Assembly: GCA_031389925.1 (NCBI GenBank)
Contig: JANMSZ010000194.1
Coordinates: 1-44,230, forward strand
DNA: 44,230 bases
Source of the DNA: Hyphomicrobiales bacterium
GTDB taxonomy: Bacteria; Pseudomonadota; Alphaproteobacteria; Rhizobiales; Xanthobacteraceae
Direction of reading: 5' to 3'
The translations under genes were made by a program, and so were the position numbers. Position 1 is the first letter of the stretch, and the number at the start of each line of letters is the position of its first letter. The notes beneath the pieces were generated by a model. It searched no databases. It saw nothing but the letters and a program-made list of their open reading frames with translations, and was not told where the DNA came from. Of the stretch, positions 8,976 through 18,830 are shown in pieces.

Positions 8976-9203
8976 CTAAGCAGACCGCGGGCCGCTCTTT
9001 TGCTGCAGGCGGTCGGCCAATTTAACCGCAAGGTCAACGCCTTCGCGGATCTGGCGGGCGGCCTCGGGCTTGATATCGGAGGTGCGGCGCATCTTATTGA
9101 GGGCTTCTAAGAGCATTTCGAGCTTGTCAGCCATGAATTCCTGACGGAATTCGGGGTCTGTCCGCGCGCGTGCGAGGTCGTCCTCGGTTACCAGGTCGCT
9201 CAT
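8976..9203 (-). CDS. Small hypothetical helical protein (75 aa)
   Basis: MSDLVTEDDLARARTDPEFRQ...; AAAGGG RBS-like sequence upstream; fills the gap between rpsF and fabD. Confidence 0.65.
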   Translation of the reverse strand: MSDLVTEDDLARARTDPEFRQEFMADKLEMLLEALNKMRRTSDIKPEAARQIREGVDLAVKLADRLQQKSGPRSA

Positions 9204-9346
9204 CGGTCGGCCCTTTGAGTGGTATCCCACAACCCTAGCGGTTAAGTCCTATCGGCTGGTTACCGCAGGCAGCGCAACTTGACAGAACCCCTGAGCGCGG
9301 TGTCTTTCGGCCCGATTTCACGCATTCATGACGGCAGGGCAGGTGT

Positions 9347-10288
9347 ATGGCGGTCGCTTTCGTATTTCCCGGCCAAGGCAGTCAGACGGTCGGTATGGGC
9401 AAGGCTCTCGCCGAGAATTTCCGGCCGGCACGGGAAATCTTCGACGAGATCGATGAGGCGCTTGGCGCGAAATTGTCGGCCATCATTTTCGAAGGTCCGA
9501 TCGAAACCCTGACGCTGACCGAGAATGCGCAGCCCGCTCTTATGGCCGTGTCGATGGCGGTGATACGCGTGCTCGAAGCCGAAGCCGGGCTCACGTTGGC
9601 GCGCGACGCAAAATACGTCGCCGGCCACTCGCTCGGAGAATACTCGGCGCTGGCCGCGGCCCGCGCGTTTACGATCGCGGACACGGCGCGGCTCCTGCGC
9701 ACACGCGGGCAGGCGATGCAGAAGGCGGTGCCGGTTGGCGTCGGCGCCATGGCGGCGTTGATCGGCCTGGAATTCGATGCCGCGTCGGCTGTTGCGGCGG
9801 AGGCCGCGCAAGGTCAGGTTTGTCAGGCGGCTAACGACAATGGCGGCGGCCAGGTGGTCGTCTCCGGCGACAAGGCTGCGGTCGAGCGCGCAGTGGAAAT
9901 CGCCAAAACCAAAGGTGCCAAACGCGCGATGATTTTGCCCGTATCCGCGCCCTTCCATTGCGCGCTGATGCAACCCGCCGCTGACGTGATGGCGGAGGCG
10001 CTGTCGAAAGTGTCGGTGAAGGCGCCTGTGGTGCCGGTGGTCGCCAACGTGTTGGCCAAGCCCATTCAGACGCCGGACGAGATCGTAAAGTCGCTAGTGA
10101 CGCAGGTCACCGGCACCGTACGCTGGCGCGAGTCGGTAGCCTTCATGGCGCAAGCCGGCGTGACGACATTCTACGAAATCGGCGCCGGCAAGGTGCTAAG
10201 CGGTCTGATCAAGCGTATCGCCGACGGCGCCGCCACAAGCGCGATCGGCATGCCGGACGATGTCATCGTTTTCCAGAACAGGGAATAA
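9347..10288 (+). CDS. fabD: Malonyl-CoA:ACP transacylase
   Basis: FPGQGSQ, AGHSLGEY, VSAPFHC, YEIGAGKVL. Confidence 0.97.
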   Translation: MAVAFVFPGQGSQTVGMGKALAENFRPAREIFDEIDEALGAKLSAIIFEGPIETLTLTENAQPALMAVSMAVIRVLEAEAGLTLARDAKYVAGHSLGEYSALAAARAFTIADTARLLRTRGQAMQKAVPVGVGAMAALIGLEFDAASAVAAEAAQGQVCQAANDNGGGQVVVSGDKAAVERAVEIAKTKGAKRAMILPVSAPFHCALMQPAADVMAEALSKVSVKAPVVPVVANVLAKPIQTPDEIVKSLVTQVTGTVRWRESVAFMAQAGVTTFYEIGAGKVLSGLIKRIADGAATSAIGMPDDVIVFQNRE

Positions 10289-10345
10289 TGCTGCAGGTTG
10301 CCGGAGAGGCGGCGAGCCTGAATAAATAAAGGCAGGGAAAAAGAC

Positions 10346-11083
10346 ATGTTCGATCTGACGGGCAAGACGGCACTGGTGACAGGCGCGACCGGCGGTATTG
10401 GCGAAGGCATCGCGCGCGCGCTGCATGCGCAGGGCGCTACCGTTGCAATTTCCGGTACGCGCGCTGCTGTCCTAGAAAAGCTTGCGGGCGAACTTGGTAG
10501 CCGTGTTCACGTGTTGCCCTGCGATCTCGCCGACAAGGACGCGGTGGAGAAGTTGGTGCCGGATGCCGAAGCCAAGATGGAGAAGCTCGACATCCTGGTG
10601 GCCAATGCCGGTGTCACCAAAGACAATCTGTTCGTGCAGTTGAAGGACGAGGACTGGGATCAGGTCATCGCCATCAATCTGACGTCGACTTTCCGGCTCA
10701 CCCGCGCGGCGGTGAAGACCATGATGCGCCGCCGTTTCGGCCGCGTGATCGGCATTTCCTCGGTGGTCGGCGTCACCGGCAATCCGGGGCAGGGCAATTA
10801 TACGGCCTCGAAAGCGGGAATAATCGGCATGATGAAGACGGTCGGTGCCGAATATGCCAAGCGCAACGTCACCGCCAACTGCATCGCGCCGGGTTTTATC
10901 GCCACGCCGATGACCGACAAGCTCAATGAAAAGCAGCGCGAGGGCATCCTCGCCCGCGTGCCCGCGGGGCGGCTTGGAACCCCGGCGGATATCGCTTCGG
11001 CCGCGGTTTACCTGGCGTCCGACGAGGCCGGCTATGTCACAGGCCAGACCATCCACATCAACGGTGGGATGGCGATGTTCTAG
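10346..11083 (+). CDS. fabG: 3-oxoacyl-ACP reductase
   Basis: TGATGGIG, NAG and YTASK SDR motifs; located between fabD and acpP. Confidence 0.96.
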   Translation: MFDLTGKTALVTGATGGIGEGIARALHAQGATVAISGTRAAVLEKLAGELGSRVHVLPCDLADKDAVEKLVPDAEAKMEKLDILVANAGVTKDNLFVQLKDEDWDQVIAINLTSTFRLTRAAVKTMMRRRFGRVIGISSVVGVTGNPGQGNYTASKAGIIGMMKTVGAEYAKRNVTANCIAPGFIATPMTDKLNEKQREGILARVPAGRLGTPADIASAAVYLASDEAGYVTGQTIHINGGMAMF

Positions 11084-11338
11084 ACTGAGCGCCAAGGGAA
11101 GTGCCGAAAAGCGTGGCTTTTTGGGTCCTGTCCGGGCTACGCTGTCGCGCGCTAGTCAACGCTTTTGAAGTATGGTAACCGAAATTCGGCCCGGCTGGGG
11201 TGGCCGATGGCGATCAGCGCGACAAGCGCTTCGCGATCGAAGGCCACCGCACCAAAGTCAATCACGACGAGGCCGTTGGCGATGGTTACGATCTGCTCCG
11301 GGTCGTAACCCAAATCTAAAAAGCACGAGGTCGGAACG

Positions 11339-11578
11339 ATGAGTGACATTGGCGAGCGGGTGAAGAAGATCGTCGTGGAGCACCTGGGGGTGGAACCCGA
11401 CAAGGTGACCGAAGCAGCAAGTTTCATCGATGATCTTGGCGCCGACAGTCTCGATACCGTCGAGCTCGTGATGGCTTTTGAGGAGGAATTTCACTGCGAA
11501 ATCCCCGACGATGCCGCCGAGACCATTCTGACCGTCGGCGATGCGGTTAAATTTCTCGAAAAGAACGCCAAAGGCTGA
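11339..11578 (+). CDS. acpP: Acyl carrier protein
   Basis: [20 protein letters not shown] phosphopantetheine site. Confidence 0.98.
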   Translation: MSDIGERVKKIVVEHLGVEPDKVTEAASFIDDLGADSLDTVELVMAFEEEFHCEIPDDAAETILTVGDAVKFLEKNAKG

Positions 11579-11701
11579 CCAGCCGCCAATGCGGCTGCTC
11601 AATCGTTTCACGCGTCGTTGGCTGGTGGGCGAGCGCAGACAAGTTTCCGCAGTCTGCGCGAGCTTGAGTGCGCCCGCGTGTCATTTCGCTCGGAGCCGGT
11701 C

Positions 11702-12967
11702 ATGAGACGTGTGGTCGTCACCGGAATGGGAATGCTCACGCCGCTCGGCTGCGGCGTCGAGCCGACGTGGGCGCGCCTCATCAAGGGCGAGAGCGGCGCG
11801 AAGAAGATCGACCGCTTCGACGTCTCCGACGTCGCCTGCAAGGTTGCCTGCAGCATCCCGCGCGGCGACGGCACCAACGGCACCTTCAACCCCGATCAGT
11901 GGATGGAGCCGAAGGAGCAGCGCAAGGTCGACGAGTTCATCGTCTATGCGATGTGCGCGGCCAAGCAGGCGCTCGACGATGCCAACTGGCATCCGGAAAG
12001 TTACGAAGACCAGACCACATCCGGCGTGATGATCGGGTCTGGCATCGGCGGCATCGAAGGCATCGCCAAGACCGCGGTCGAATTGGCGGAGAAAGGCCCG
12101 CGCCGGGTCTCGCCGTTCTTTATTCCTGGCCGCATCATCAATCTCGCCTCCGGCTTCGTCTCGATCGCCCACGGCCTGAAAGGCCCCAACAGCGCGGTGG
12201 TGACTGCCTGTTCGACCGGCGCGCATGCCATCGGCGATGCGGCGCGTATGGTCGCGCTCGGCGATGCCGAGGTGATGGTGGCGGGCGGCGCGGAATCCCC
12301 GGTCAACCGCATGGCGCTGGCGGGCTTTGCCGCGTTGCGCGCGCTCTCGACTGCTTTCAACGACGATCCAACCCGCGCCTCGCGGCCGTACGACAAGGCC
12401 CGCGACGGCTTCGTCATGGGCGAGGGCGCCGGCGCCGTGGTGCTGGAGGCGCTCGACCACGCCAAAGCGCGCGGCGCGAAAATCTATGCCGAACTGATCG
12501 GCTATGGCCTGTCGGGTGACGCCTATCACATCACCGCGCCTTCGCCGGACGGCGACGGCGCGTTCCGCTGCATGACCATGGCGATGAAGCGTGCAGGGAT
12601 CGCCTCTGGCGATCTCGATTACATCAACGCCCACGGCACATCGACGCCGCTCGGCGACGAGATCGAGCTCGGCGCCGTGCAGCGCCTGGTCGGGAACGAC
12701 GCCGCCCATATCTCGATGTCGTCGACCAAATCATGCGTCGGTCATCTTCTGGGCGCGGCCGGCGCGGTCGAGGCGATCTTCTCGATCCTGGCGATTCGCG
12801 ACCGGATCGCGCCGCCGACCATCAATCTCGACAATCCGTCGGTCGAGACGCCGATCGATCTGGTGCCGCATAAGGCCCGCGAGCGCGATATCGACGTGGT
12901 GCTGTCCAATTCCTTCGGTTTCGGCGGCACCAACGCCTCGCTGATCTTCCGCCGCTATGCGGACTGA
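11702..12967 (+). CDS. fabF: Beta-ketoacyl-ACP synthase II
   Basis: MRRVVVTGMG, VTACSTG catalytic Cys, NAHGTST, GHLLGAAG, SNSFGFGGTN. GGAG RBS before ATG 11702. Confidence 0.97.
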   Translation: MRRVVVTGMGMLTPLGCGVEPTWARLIKGESGAKKIDRFDVSDVACKVACSIPRGDGTNGTFNPDQWMEPKEQRKVDEFIVYAMCAAKQALDDANWHPESYEDQTTSGVMIGSGIGGIEGIAKTAVELAEKGPRRVSPFFIPGRIINLASGFVSIAHGLKGPNSAVVTACSTGAHAIGDAARMVALGDAEVMVAGGAESPVNRMALAGFAALRALSTAFNDDPTRASRPYDKARDGFVMGEGAGAVVLEALDHAKARGAKIYAELIGYGLSGDAYHITAPSPDGDGAFRCMTMAMKRAGIASGDLDYINAHGTSTPLGDEIELGAVQRLVGNDAAHISMSSTKSCVGHLLGAAGAVEAIFSILAIRDRIAPPTINLDNPSVETPIDLVPHKARERDIDVVLSNSFGFGGTNASLIFRRYAD

Positions 12968-13123
12968 CGGATAACGCGGCCTTCCGTCGCCCCCCCGTTT
13001 TCGCCATAATTCTCCCTAACGTGCGAATACATCTGATATTTTCCGATTCTTAGCCTGCGGACCCCGCATCATGATGGAGTGCGTATCAGTGAGTTTGTCT
13101 GGGCCGACCGCGGGAGCCTGCGT

Positions 13124-14314
13124 TTGAATTCCAATCCGCCACACAACGGCAATGGCCGCGGCCCCCATGGCGCCGTGCCGGTACCGCCGCAGGCGTCCAA
13201 CAAGCTGCTGCGCAGTCCGCGCGCCGCGCTGGAACCGGAGCGCGTGCCGATGCCGCGCCGCCGCTCCAAGAAAGTGCGCCATCCTCTCGTCATCGTCGGC
13301 AATGCGATCTTCACCGCGCTGGTTGTCATCTCGGTCGCCGTCGGCGGCGCGCTGTTCATCGGCAAGCAGCGCTTCGAAGCGCCGGGTCCGCTGGCCGAGG
13401 ACAAGGTCGTCAACATCCCGCGCGGCCTCGGCATCAAGGACATCTCCGACGTGCTGGTGCGCGAAGGCGTCATCGATCAGCCCTGGGTGTTCATGGGCGG
13501 CGTGATCGTCCTCAAGGCGCGTGGCGATCTTAAATTCGGCGAGTATCAGTTCATCAAGAACGCCAGCCTGGCCGACGTCGTCGACACCATCATCGAGAAC
13601 AAGGTGGTGCAGCACAGCTTCACGGTGGCCGAGGGTCTGACCTCCGAACAGATCGTCGCGCGGCTTCTGGAGAACACCACGCTGTCGGGCCAGATCAGGG
13701 AAATCCCGCGCGAAGGCACGCTGTTGCCGGAGACCTACCGCTTCACGCTCGGCATGCCCCGCGATCAGATCGTCCAGCGCATGCAGCAGGGTCATAAGCG
13801 CGTGCTGCAGGAAGTCTGGGACCATCGCTCGCCGGATCTGCCGTACAAGACGCCCGAGCAGCTCGTCACGATGGCCTCGATCATCGAAAAAGAAACCGGC
13901 AAGCCGGAAGAACGCACCCGCGTCGCCGCGGTCTTCATCAACCGGCTCAAGACCAAGATGCGGCTGCAGTCCGATCCGACCATCATTTACGGCCTCACCG
14001 GCGGCAAGGGCGCGCTCGGCCGTCCGATTTTGCGCAGCGAGATCGATCAGGCGACGCCGTACAACACGTATGTCATCGACGGATTGCCGCCGGGCCCGAT
14101 CGCCAATCCGGGCCGCGCCTCGCTCGAGGCCGCCGCCAATCCGGCGCGCACCAAGGAACTGTATTTCGTCGCTGACGGCACCGGCGGCCACGCCTTCGCG
14201 GACAATTACGCCGAGCATCAGAAGAACGTCGCGCGGCTGCGCGCGATCGAGCAGGGCAACGCACCGTCCGATGCGGTGCCTGCCGCCACCAAAGGCGGCG
14301 GCGCCAAACGGTAA
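13124..14314 (+). CDS. mltG: Endolytic transglycosylase MltG (YceG)
   Basis: Single TM, EGTLLPETY, ASIIEKET catalytic Glu, LQSDPT, YNTY, GLPPGPIANPG, LYFVA. Start uncertain: TTG 13124 after GGGAG, or GTG 13079. Confidence 0.93.
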   Translation: MNSNPPHNGNGRGPHGAVPVPPQASNKLLRSPRAALEPERVPMPRRRSKKVRHPLVIVGNAIFTALVVISVAVGGALFIGKQRFEAPGPLAEDKVVNIPRGLGIKDISDVLVREGVIDQPWVFMGGVIVLKARGDLKFGEYQFIKNASLADVVDTIIENKVVQHSFTVAEGLTSEQIVARLLENTTLSGQIREIPREGTLLPETYRFTLGMPRDQIVQRMQQGHKRVLQEVWDHRSPDLPYKTPEQLVTMASIIEKETGKPEERTRVAAVFINRLKTKMRLQSDPTIIYGLTGGKGALGRPILRSEIDQATPYNTYVIDGLPPGPIANPGRASLEAAANPARTKELYFVADGTGGHAFADNYAEHQKNVARLRAIEQGNAPSDAVPAATKGGGAKR

Positions 14315-14414
14315 TCGGTGGCGTGACGGCCTTGTGAGCATCTTGGGCCGCCGCTAAGGTCCCGCGACTTCCGCATTCAACGAACGAGACGCAACCGATG
14401 GCCGGGATCTAATC

Positions 14415-15302
14415 ATGGCATTATCGAGCATGACCGGCTTCGCGCGCGGCCATGGCGTCGCCGGCCCTTATGCCTGGAGTTGGGAGATCAAATCGGTCAA
14501 CGCCAAGGGTCTCGATCTGCGCTTGCGTCTGCCGCCGGGCTGGGACGCCATCGAAGTGCCGGCGCGCAAGAACGCCACCGAGAAACTGTCGCGCGGCACC
14601 GTCTATGCCAATCTTACCGTCGAGCGCAAAGGCGTGCTGCCGACCGTCAAGGTCAACGAGCCGGTGCTCAATGCCGTGCTGGCGACGCTGAAATCGCTCG
14701 ACGGCAAGGTCGACGCCACCAAGCCGACACTGGACGGCATCCTCGCGCTCAAGGGCGTCATCGAAATCACCGAAGAAGACGAGCGCGAAGAGGATCGCGC
14801 CGCCGCCGAGAAAGCCATCGTCGCCGGTTTCGACAAATTGCTCGCCGATCTCATCGCCATGCGGCGCGAGGAAGGCTTAACGCTCGGCCGCCTGCTGACG
14901 ACGCGGCTCGACGAGATCGCGTCGCTCGCGGCGCGCGCCGAAGCGGCGCCCGGCCGCAAGCCAGAAGCGATCAAGGCGCGGCTCGCCGAGCAGATCGAGA
15001 CTTTGCTCGCGGCCTCGACGCGTTTTGACTCGGACCGCCTGCACCAGGAGGCGATCATGATCGCCACCAAGGCCGACATCCGCGAAGAGCTGGATCGTCT
15101 CGATTCCCATGTCGCGCAGGTGCGCAAGATGCTCGCCGACGGCGGGCCGGTCGGCCGGCGGCTCGATTTTCTGGCGCAGGAACTCAACCGCGAATCGAAT
15201 ACGCTCACCGCCAAGGCCAACGACCTGGAGCTTTCCAATATCGGGCTCGAGCTCAAGGGCGTGGTCGAGCAATTCCGCGAGCAGGTGCAGAACCTCGAAT
15301 GA
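14415..15302 (+). CDS. yicC: YicC/YloC family endoribonuclease
   Basis: [50 protein letters not shown]; directly upstream of gmk. Confidence 0.93.
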   Translation: MALSSMTGFARGHGVAGPYAWSWEIKSVNAKGLDLRLRLPPGWDAIEVPARKNATEKLSRGTVYANLTVERKGVLPTVKVNEPVLNAVLATLKSLDGKVDATKPTLDGILALKGVIEITEEDEREEDRAAAEKAIVAGFDKLLADLIAMRREEGLTLGRLLTTRLDEIASLAARAEAAPGRKPEAIKARLAEQIETLLAASTRFDSDRLHQEAIMIATKADIREELDRLDSHVAQVRKMLADGGPVGRRLDFLAQELNRESNTLTAKANDLELSNIGLELKGVVEQFREQVQNLE

Positions 15303-15955
15303 ACGATGAACCTGACATCAGCCGGCGCGGCATTATGCTGGTGCTGTCTTCGCCGTCGGGCGCGGGCAAGACCACGCTGACGCGCAATCTGCTGGAGCAG
15401 GAAGAAAACGTCGCGCTGTCGGTGTCGGTCACGACGCGGGCGCGCCGCCCGAGCGAGATCGAGGGTGTGCATTATTTTTTTCGTAACAAGCAGCAGTTCG
15501 AAGGCATGCGCGATTCCGGCCAATTGCTGGAATGGGCGGAAGTGCACGGCAATTACTACGGGACGCCGCGCGAGCCGGTGGAAAAGGCGCTCAGCACCGG
15601 CCGCGACGTGATGTTCGACATCGATTGGCAGGGCACGCAGCAGCTTTACGAGAAGATGCCGAACGACGTCGTGAGCGTGTTCGTCTTGCCGCCGTCCGCC
15701 AATGAATTGAAGATGCGGTTGGAGCGGCGCGCCGAGGACAGCGAAATCATCATCGCCGAGCGGTTGCGCAACGCGGCGGAAGAATTTCGGCACTGGAACG
15801 AATACGACTACATCCTGGTCAATCGCGATCTCGACAAGAGCTTCACGCGCCTGCGCTCGATCCTGACGGCGGAACGCCTCAAGCGCGTCAAGATGCCCAA
15901 TCTCGAAAAATTCGTCGATAAGCTGCTGGCCGATCTGAAAAAGATCGCGCCCTAA
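15299..15955 (+). CDS. gmk: Guanylate kinase
   Basis: [33 protein letters not shown]. Confidence 0.97.
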   Translation: MNDEPDISRRGIMLVLSSPSGAGKTTLTRNLLEQEENVALSVSVTTRARRPSEIEGVHYFFRNKQQFEGMRDSGQLLEWAEVHGNYYGTPREPVEKALSTGRDVMFDIDWQGTQQLYEKMPNDVVSVFVLPPSANELKMRLERRAEDSEIIIAERLRNAAEEFRHWNEYDYILVNRDLDKSFTRLRSILTAERLKRVKMPNLEKFVDKLLADLKKIAP

Positions 15956-16803
15956 CGTTTCGTCAGCGCGGCAAATGTATTCGCCAACTTAACGAAACCC
16001 TCGACATTTATTTCCTCGGCGCGCGCGGTCGGCGCGATGCCGGCTTGCTCGAGCAAGGCGCCGGTGTCGCCGCCGAGCGATTTCAGGCTTTGCCGCAGCA
16101 TCTTGCGGCGCTGGCCGAAGGCCGCCTCGGTCATGCGCTGCAGCAGGACGCCGTCGCAGGCGAGCGGCGTGGCGCGCGGCATTAGCCGCACCACCGACGA
16201 CGTCACGTTCGGCGGCGGCACGAAGGCCGACGGCGCCACGTCGAACATGATCTTGCTCTCGCAGCGCCAGCCCGCCAGCACTGCCAGCCGTCCGTATGCG
16301 TCGTCGCCGACTTTAGCGACGATGCGCTCGGCCACTTCGCGCTGAAACATCAGCACCAGCATGTCGTACCAGGGTGGCCACGGCTCGGCGGTGAGCCAGC
16401 CGATCAGCAGCGGCGTCGCGATGTTGTAGGGCAGGTTGGCGACTACACGGGCGCGCCCGCCGCCGGCAAGCTTGGCCATATCGATGCGCAGCGCGTCGCC
16501 GGAGACGATCTCAAGCCGTCCCGGATAGCGTGTCGCGATCTCTTCCAGCGCAGCAATTGCGCGCTCGTCGCGCTCGATGGCGATGACACGGCTGGCCCCG
16601 AGCGTCAGCAGCGCCCGCGTCAGTCCGCCGGGACCGGGGCCGACTTCGACCACGGTCGCGCCTTCAAGCGGCTCGGCGGCCCGCGCAATGCGCGCCGTCA
16701 GGTTGAGATCGAGCAGGAAATTCTGGCCGAGCGATTTCTTGGCCGACAGGCTGTGCTTGCGGATGACCTCGCGCAGCGGCGGCAGGTCGTCGATCTGCGC
16801 CAT
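15952..16803 (-). CDS. rsmA: 16S rRNA m6,2A1518/1519 dimethyltransferase
   Basis: [43 protein letters not shown]. Confidence 0.97.
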   Translation of the reverse strand: MAQIDDLPPLREVIRKHSLSAKKSLGQNFLLDLNLTARIARAAEPLEGATVVEVGPGPGGLTRALLTLGASRVIAIERDERAIAALEEIATRYPGRLEIVSGDALRIDMAKLAGGGRARVVANLPYNIATPLLIGWLTAEPWPPWYDMLVLMFQREVAERIVAKVGDDAYGRLAVLAGWRCESKIMFDVAPSAFVPPPNVTSSVVRLMPRATPLACDGVLLQRMTEAAFGQRRKMLRQSLKSLGGDTGALLEQAGIAPTARAEEINVEGFVKLANTFAALTKR

Positions 16804-17838
16804 CTATTTCGCGGCGACGAGCGCGGGAGATGTCGCCGCCAGCCGTGCGGCCAGCGCCAAGGCCGCCACCAGGCTCGACGGGTCGGCTTTGCCGGTGCCG
16901 GCGATGTCGAAGGCGGTGCCGTGGTCGGGCGAGGTGCGCACGAAGGGCAAGCCGAGCGTGACGTTGACACCATGATCGAAGGCCAGCGTCTTGATCGGGA
17001 TCAGCGCCTGGTCGTGATACATGCACATCGCCACGTCGTAGCCGGCGCGCGCGCGCTCATGAAACATGGTGTCGGCCGGCAGCGGCCCGACCGCGTCGAT
17101 GCCTTCGGCCTTCAGGCGCGCGACCGCCGGGGCGACGATGTCGCGGTCCTCTTCGCCGAGTGCGCCGTCTTCGCCGGCATGCGGATTCAGCCCGGCAATC
17201 GCGATACGGGGCCGCGCAACGCCAAAACGCGCGTGCAGGTCGCGCGCCACGATCCGCCCGGTCTCGACGATGAGATCGATGCTCAGCGCGCCCACCACAT
17301 CCTTCAACGGCAAATGGATCGTCACCGGCACCACGGCCAATTCCGGCGACCACAGCATCATCACCGGGTGCACCGGCTTAGCCGTAGCCTCGGTCGCCAG
17401 CCGCGCCAGGAATTCGGTGTGGCCGGGCTCGGCAAATCCGGAGCGGTACAGCACGTTCTTGGCGATCGGATTGGTGACGACCGCCGCGGCCTGTCCCGAC
17501 AGCACGTCGGCGACGGCGCGGCGGATCGATGCGATTGCGGCGGGCGCGCTGGTGGCGTCGGGCTTGCCGGGCGTCGCCGTCACCGGCAGGCCGAGCGGCA
17601 CCACCGGCAAAGCGCGCTCGAAGGCGGCAGGGGTCTGCGCCGGCGTGACCTCGCTCAAAGGAACATCCAGGCCGAGCGTGCGCGCCCGTTGCCGGAGAAA
17701 ATCGATATCGCCGATGAGATAAAACGGCGGCAGGTCGAGTTCAACGCGGCGCCGCCACAGCGCCAGCGTGAGATCGGGGCCGATCCCGGCCGGCTCGCCG
17801 AGCGTCAACGCTAAAGGCTGACGGGCGCGCGCGGTCAT
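16804..17838 (-). CDS. pdxA: 4-hydroxythreonine-4-phosphate dehydrogenase
   Basis: GEPAGIGP, PGHTEFLA, LNPHAGE, MYHDQALIPIK, RTSPDHGTAFDIAG. Confidence 0.97.
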   Translation of the reverse strand: MTARARQPLALTLGEPAGIGPDLTLALWRRRVELDLPPFYLIGDIDFLRQRARTLGLDVPLSEVTPAQTPAAFERALPVVPLGLPVTATPGKPDATSAPAAIASIRRAVADVLSGQAAAVVTNPIAKNVLYRSGFAEPGHTEFLARLATEATAKPVHPVMMLWSPELAVVPVTIHLPLKDVVGALSIDLIVETGRIVARDLHARFGVARPRIAIAGLNPHAGEDGALGEEDRDIVAPAVARLKAEGIDAVGPLPADTMFHERARAGYDVAMCMYHDQALIPIKTLAFDHGVNVTLGLPFVRTSPDHGTAFDIAGTGKADPSSLVAALALAARLAATSPALVAAK

Positions 17839-18782
17839 TTGTATTCGATCATGGCCTGCTTGCGGATCTCCTGCAAAAACTTCTTGCCCTCGGCTTCGAA
17901 GCGTTTGTTGAAGATTTCCTCGCGTATTTCGCGCTTAGCGGCGGACTCGCCGGTGGACGTCTTTTTTTCACACAACGCGAACATCTGTAGGCCCTGCGCG
18001 GTGACTTCCGGCGGCGTCAGCCGGCCGACTTCCATCCCGTTCAGGAGTTCGCGCAATTGCTGGGCCAGGTCGGCGGAGTTGCGATGGATCGGTTCGCGCA
18101 CCGCGACGTCGCGCAAGCCCCGCGCCATGGCGAGACCCTCATTGCACGAGGTGAAGCGGCCGCGCAGATTCTCGGCCACGCGGCGCTTTGCGTCGATCCC
18201 GCCTTCGCTTTGGCCGCGCTCGACCACCACGGTGATGGGATAGAGCGTGTAGAGATAGCCGGCCGTTTCCTTCTCGGCGTCTTTGCGGTCCCGCATCGCG
18301 GTGGCGATGTCGGCTTCGCCGATCTGCAATGCGCCGCCAAACTTGCCGCGCACCAGTTGGTTCCAGGTCAGTTCGGCCCGCATGCGCGCCTTGATGGCGC
18401 CCGGCGAAATACCGGAGCGCTCGAGCAGTTGCGTAAATTGCGGGCTGGTCATGCGCTGGCGGCGCGCCATGTTTTCGAAGCCGGTTTCAAGTTCCGCGTC
18501 GGTGACCTCGATGCCATAGGTCTTGGCCTTGGTGATCTTGACGCGGTCGTCGATCAACTCGTCGATCACTTCTTTTCGGCTCGGGTTCTTGTGATTGGAC
18601 GCGTTGATCAGTTTGGCGCGCTGCTGGATATCGAGCTCGGTGATCGGCAAACCATTGGCGACCGCCACCACCTGCGCGCGCGCGGGCGCAGGTGCCGCGA
18701 GCGCCGCGACGATGACGGCGCAGGCCAGCCAGAGCTGGATAGGTCGAAGATTCAAACGCATTCCCGGCATCGCGATGTCCAT
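17835..18782 (-). CDS. surA: SurA-family periplasmic chaperone
   Basis: Signal peptide, VAVANGLPIT SurA N-domain, IRKQAMIEYK C-terminus; lies between lptD and pdxA. Start uncertain among several Met codons. Confidence 0.82.
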   Translation of the reverse strand: MDIAMPGMRLNLRPIQLWLACAVIVAALAAPAPARAQVVAVANGLPITELDIQQRAKLINASNHKNPSRKEVIDELIDDRVKITKAKTYGIEVTDAELETGFENMARRQRMTSPQFTQLLERSGISPGAIKARMRAELTWNQLVRGKFGGALQIGEADIATAMRDRKDAEKETAGYLYTLYPITVVVERGQSEGGIDAKRRVAENLRGRFTSCNEGLAMARGLRDVAVREPIHRNSADLAQQLRELLNGMEVGRLTPPEVTAQGLQMFALCEKKTSTGESAAKREIREEIFNKRFEAEGKKFLQEIRKQAMIEYK

Positions 18783-18830
18783 CGTCTTAAACTGAGCGGG
18801 CGGCCGCCCGCCAAGCCGCCGCCTCTATGA

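Noticed and set aside
12966-12988. Hairpin GACGGA...TCCGTC after fabF as an intrinsic terminator
   Set aside because: Short stem, large loop and U tract not adjacent; too weak to call.
15952-15955. 4-bp convergent stop overlaps (gmk/rsmA; also PaaI/rnd at 42637-42640)
   Set aside because: Common in compact bacterial genomes; no sign of special function.
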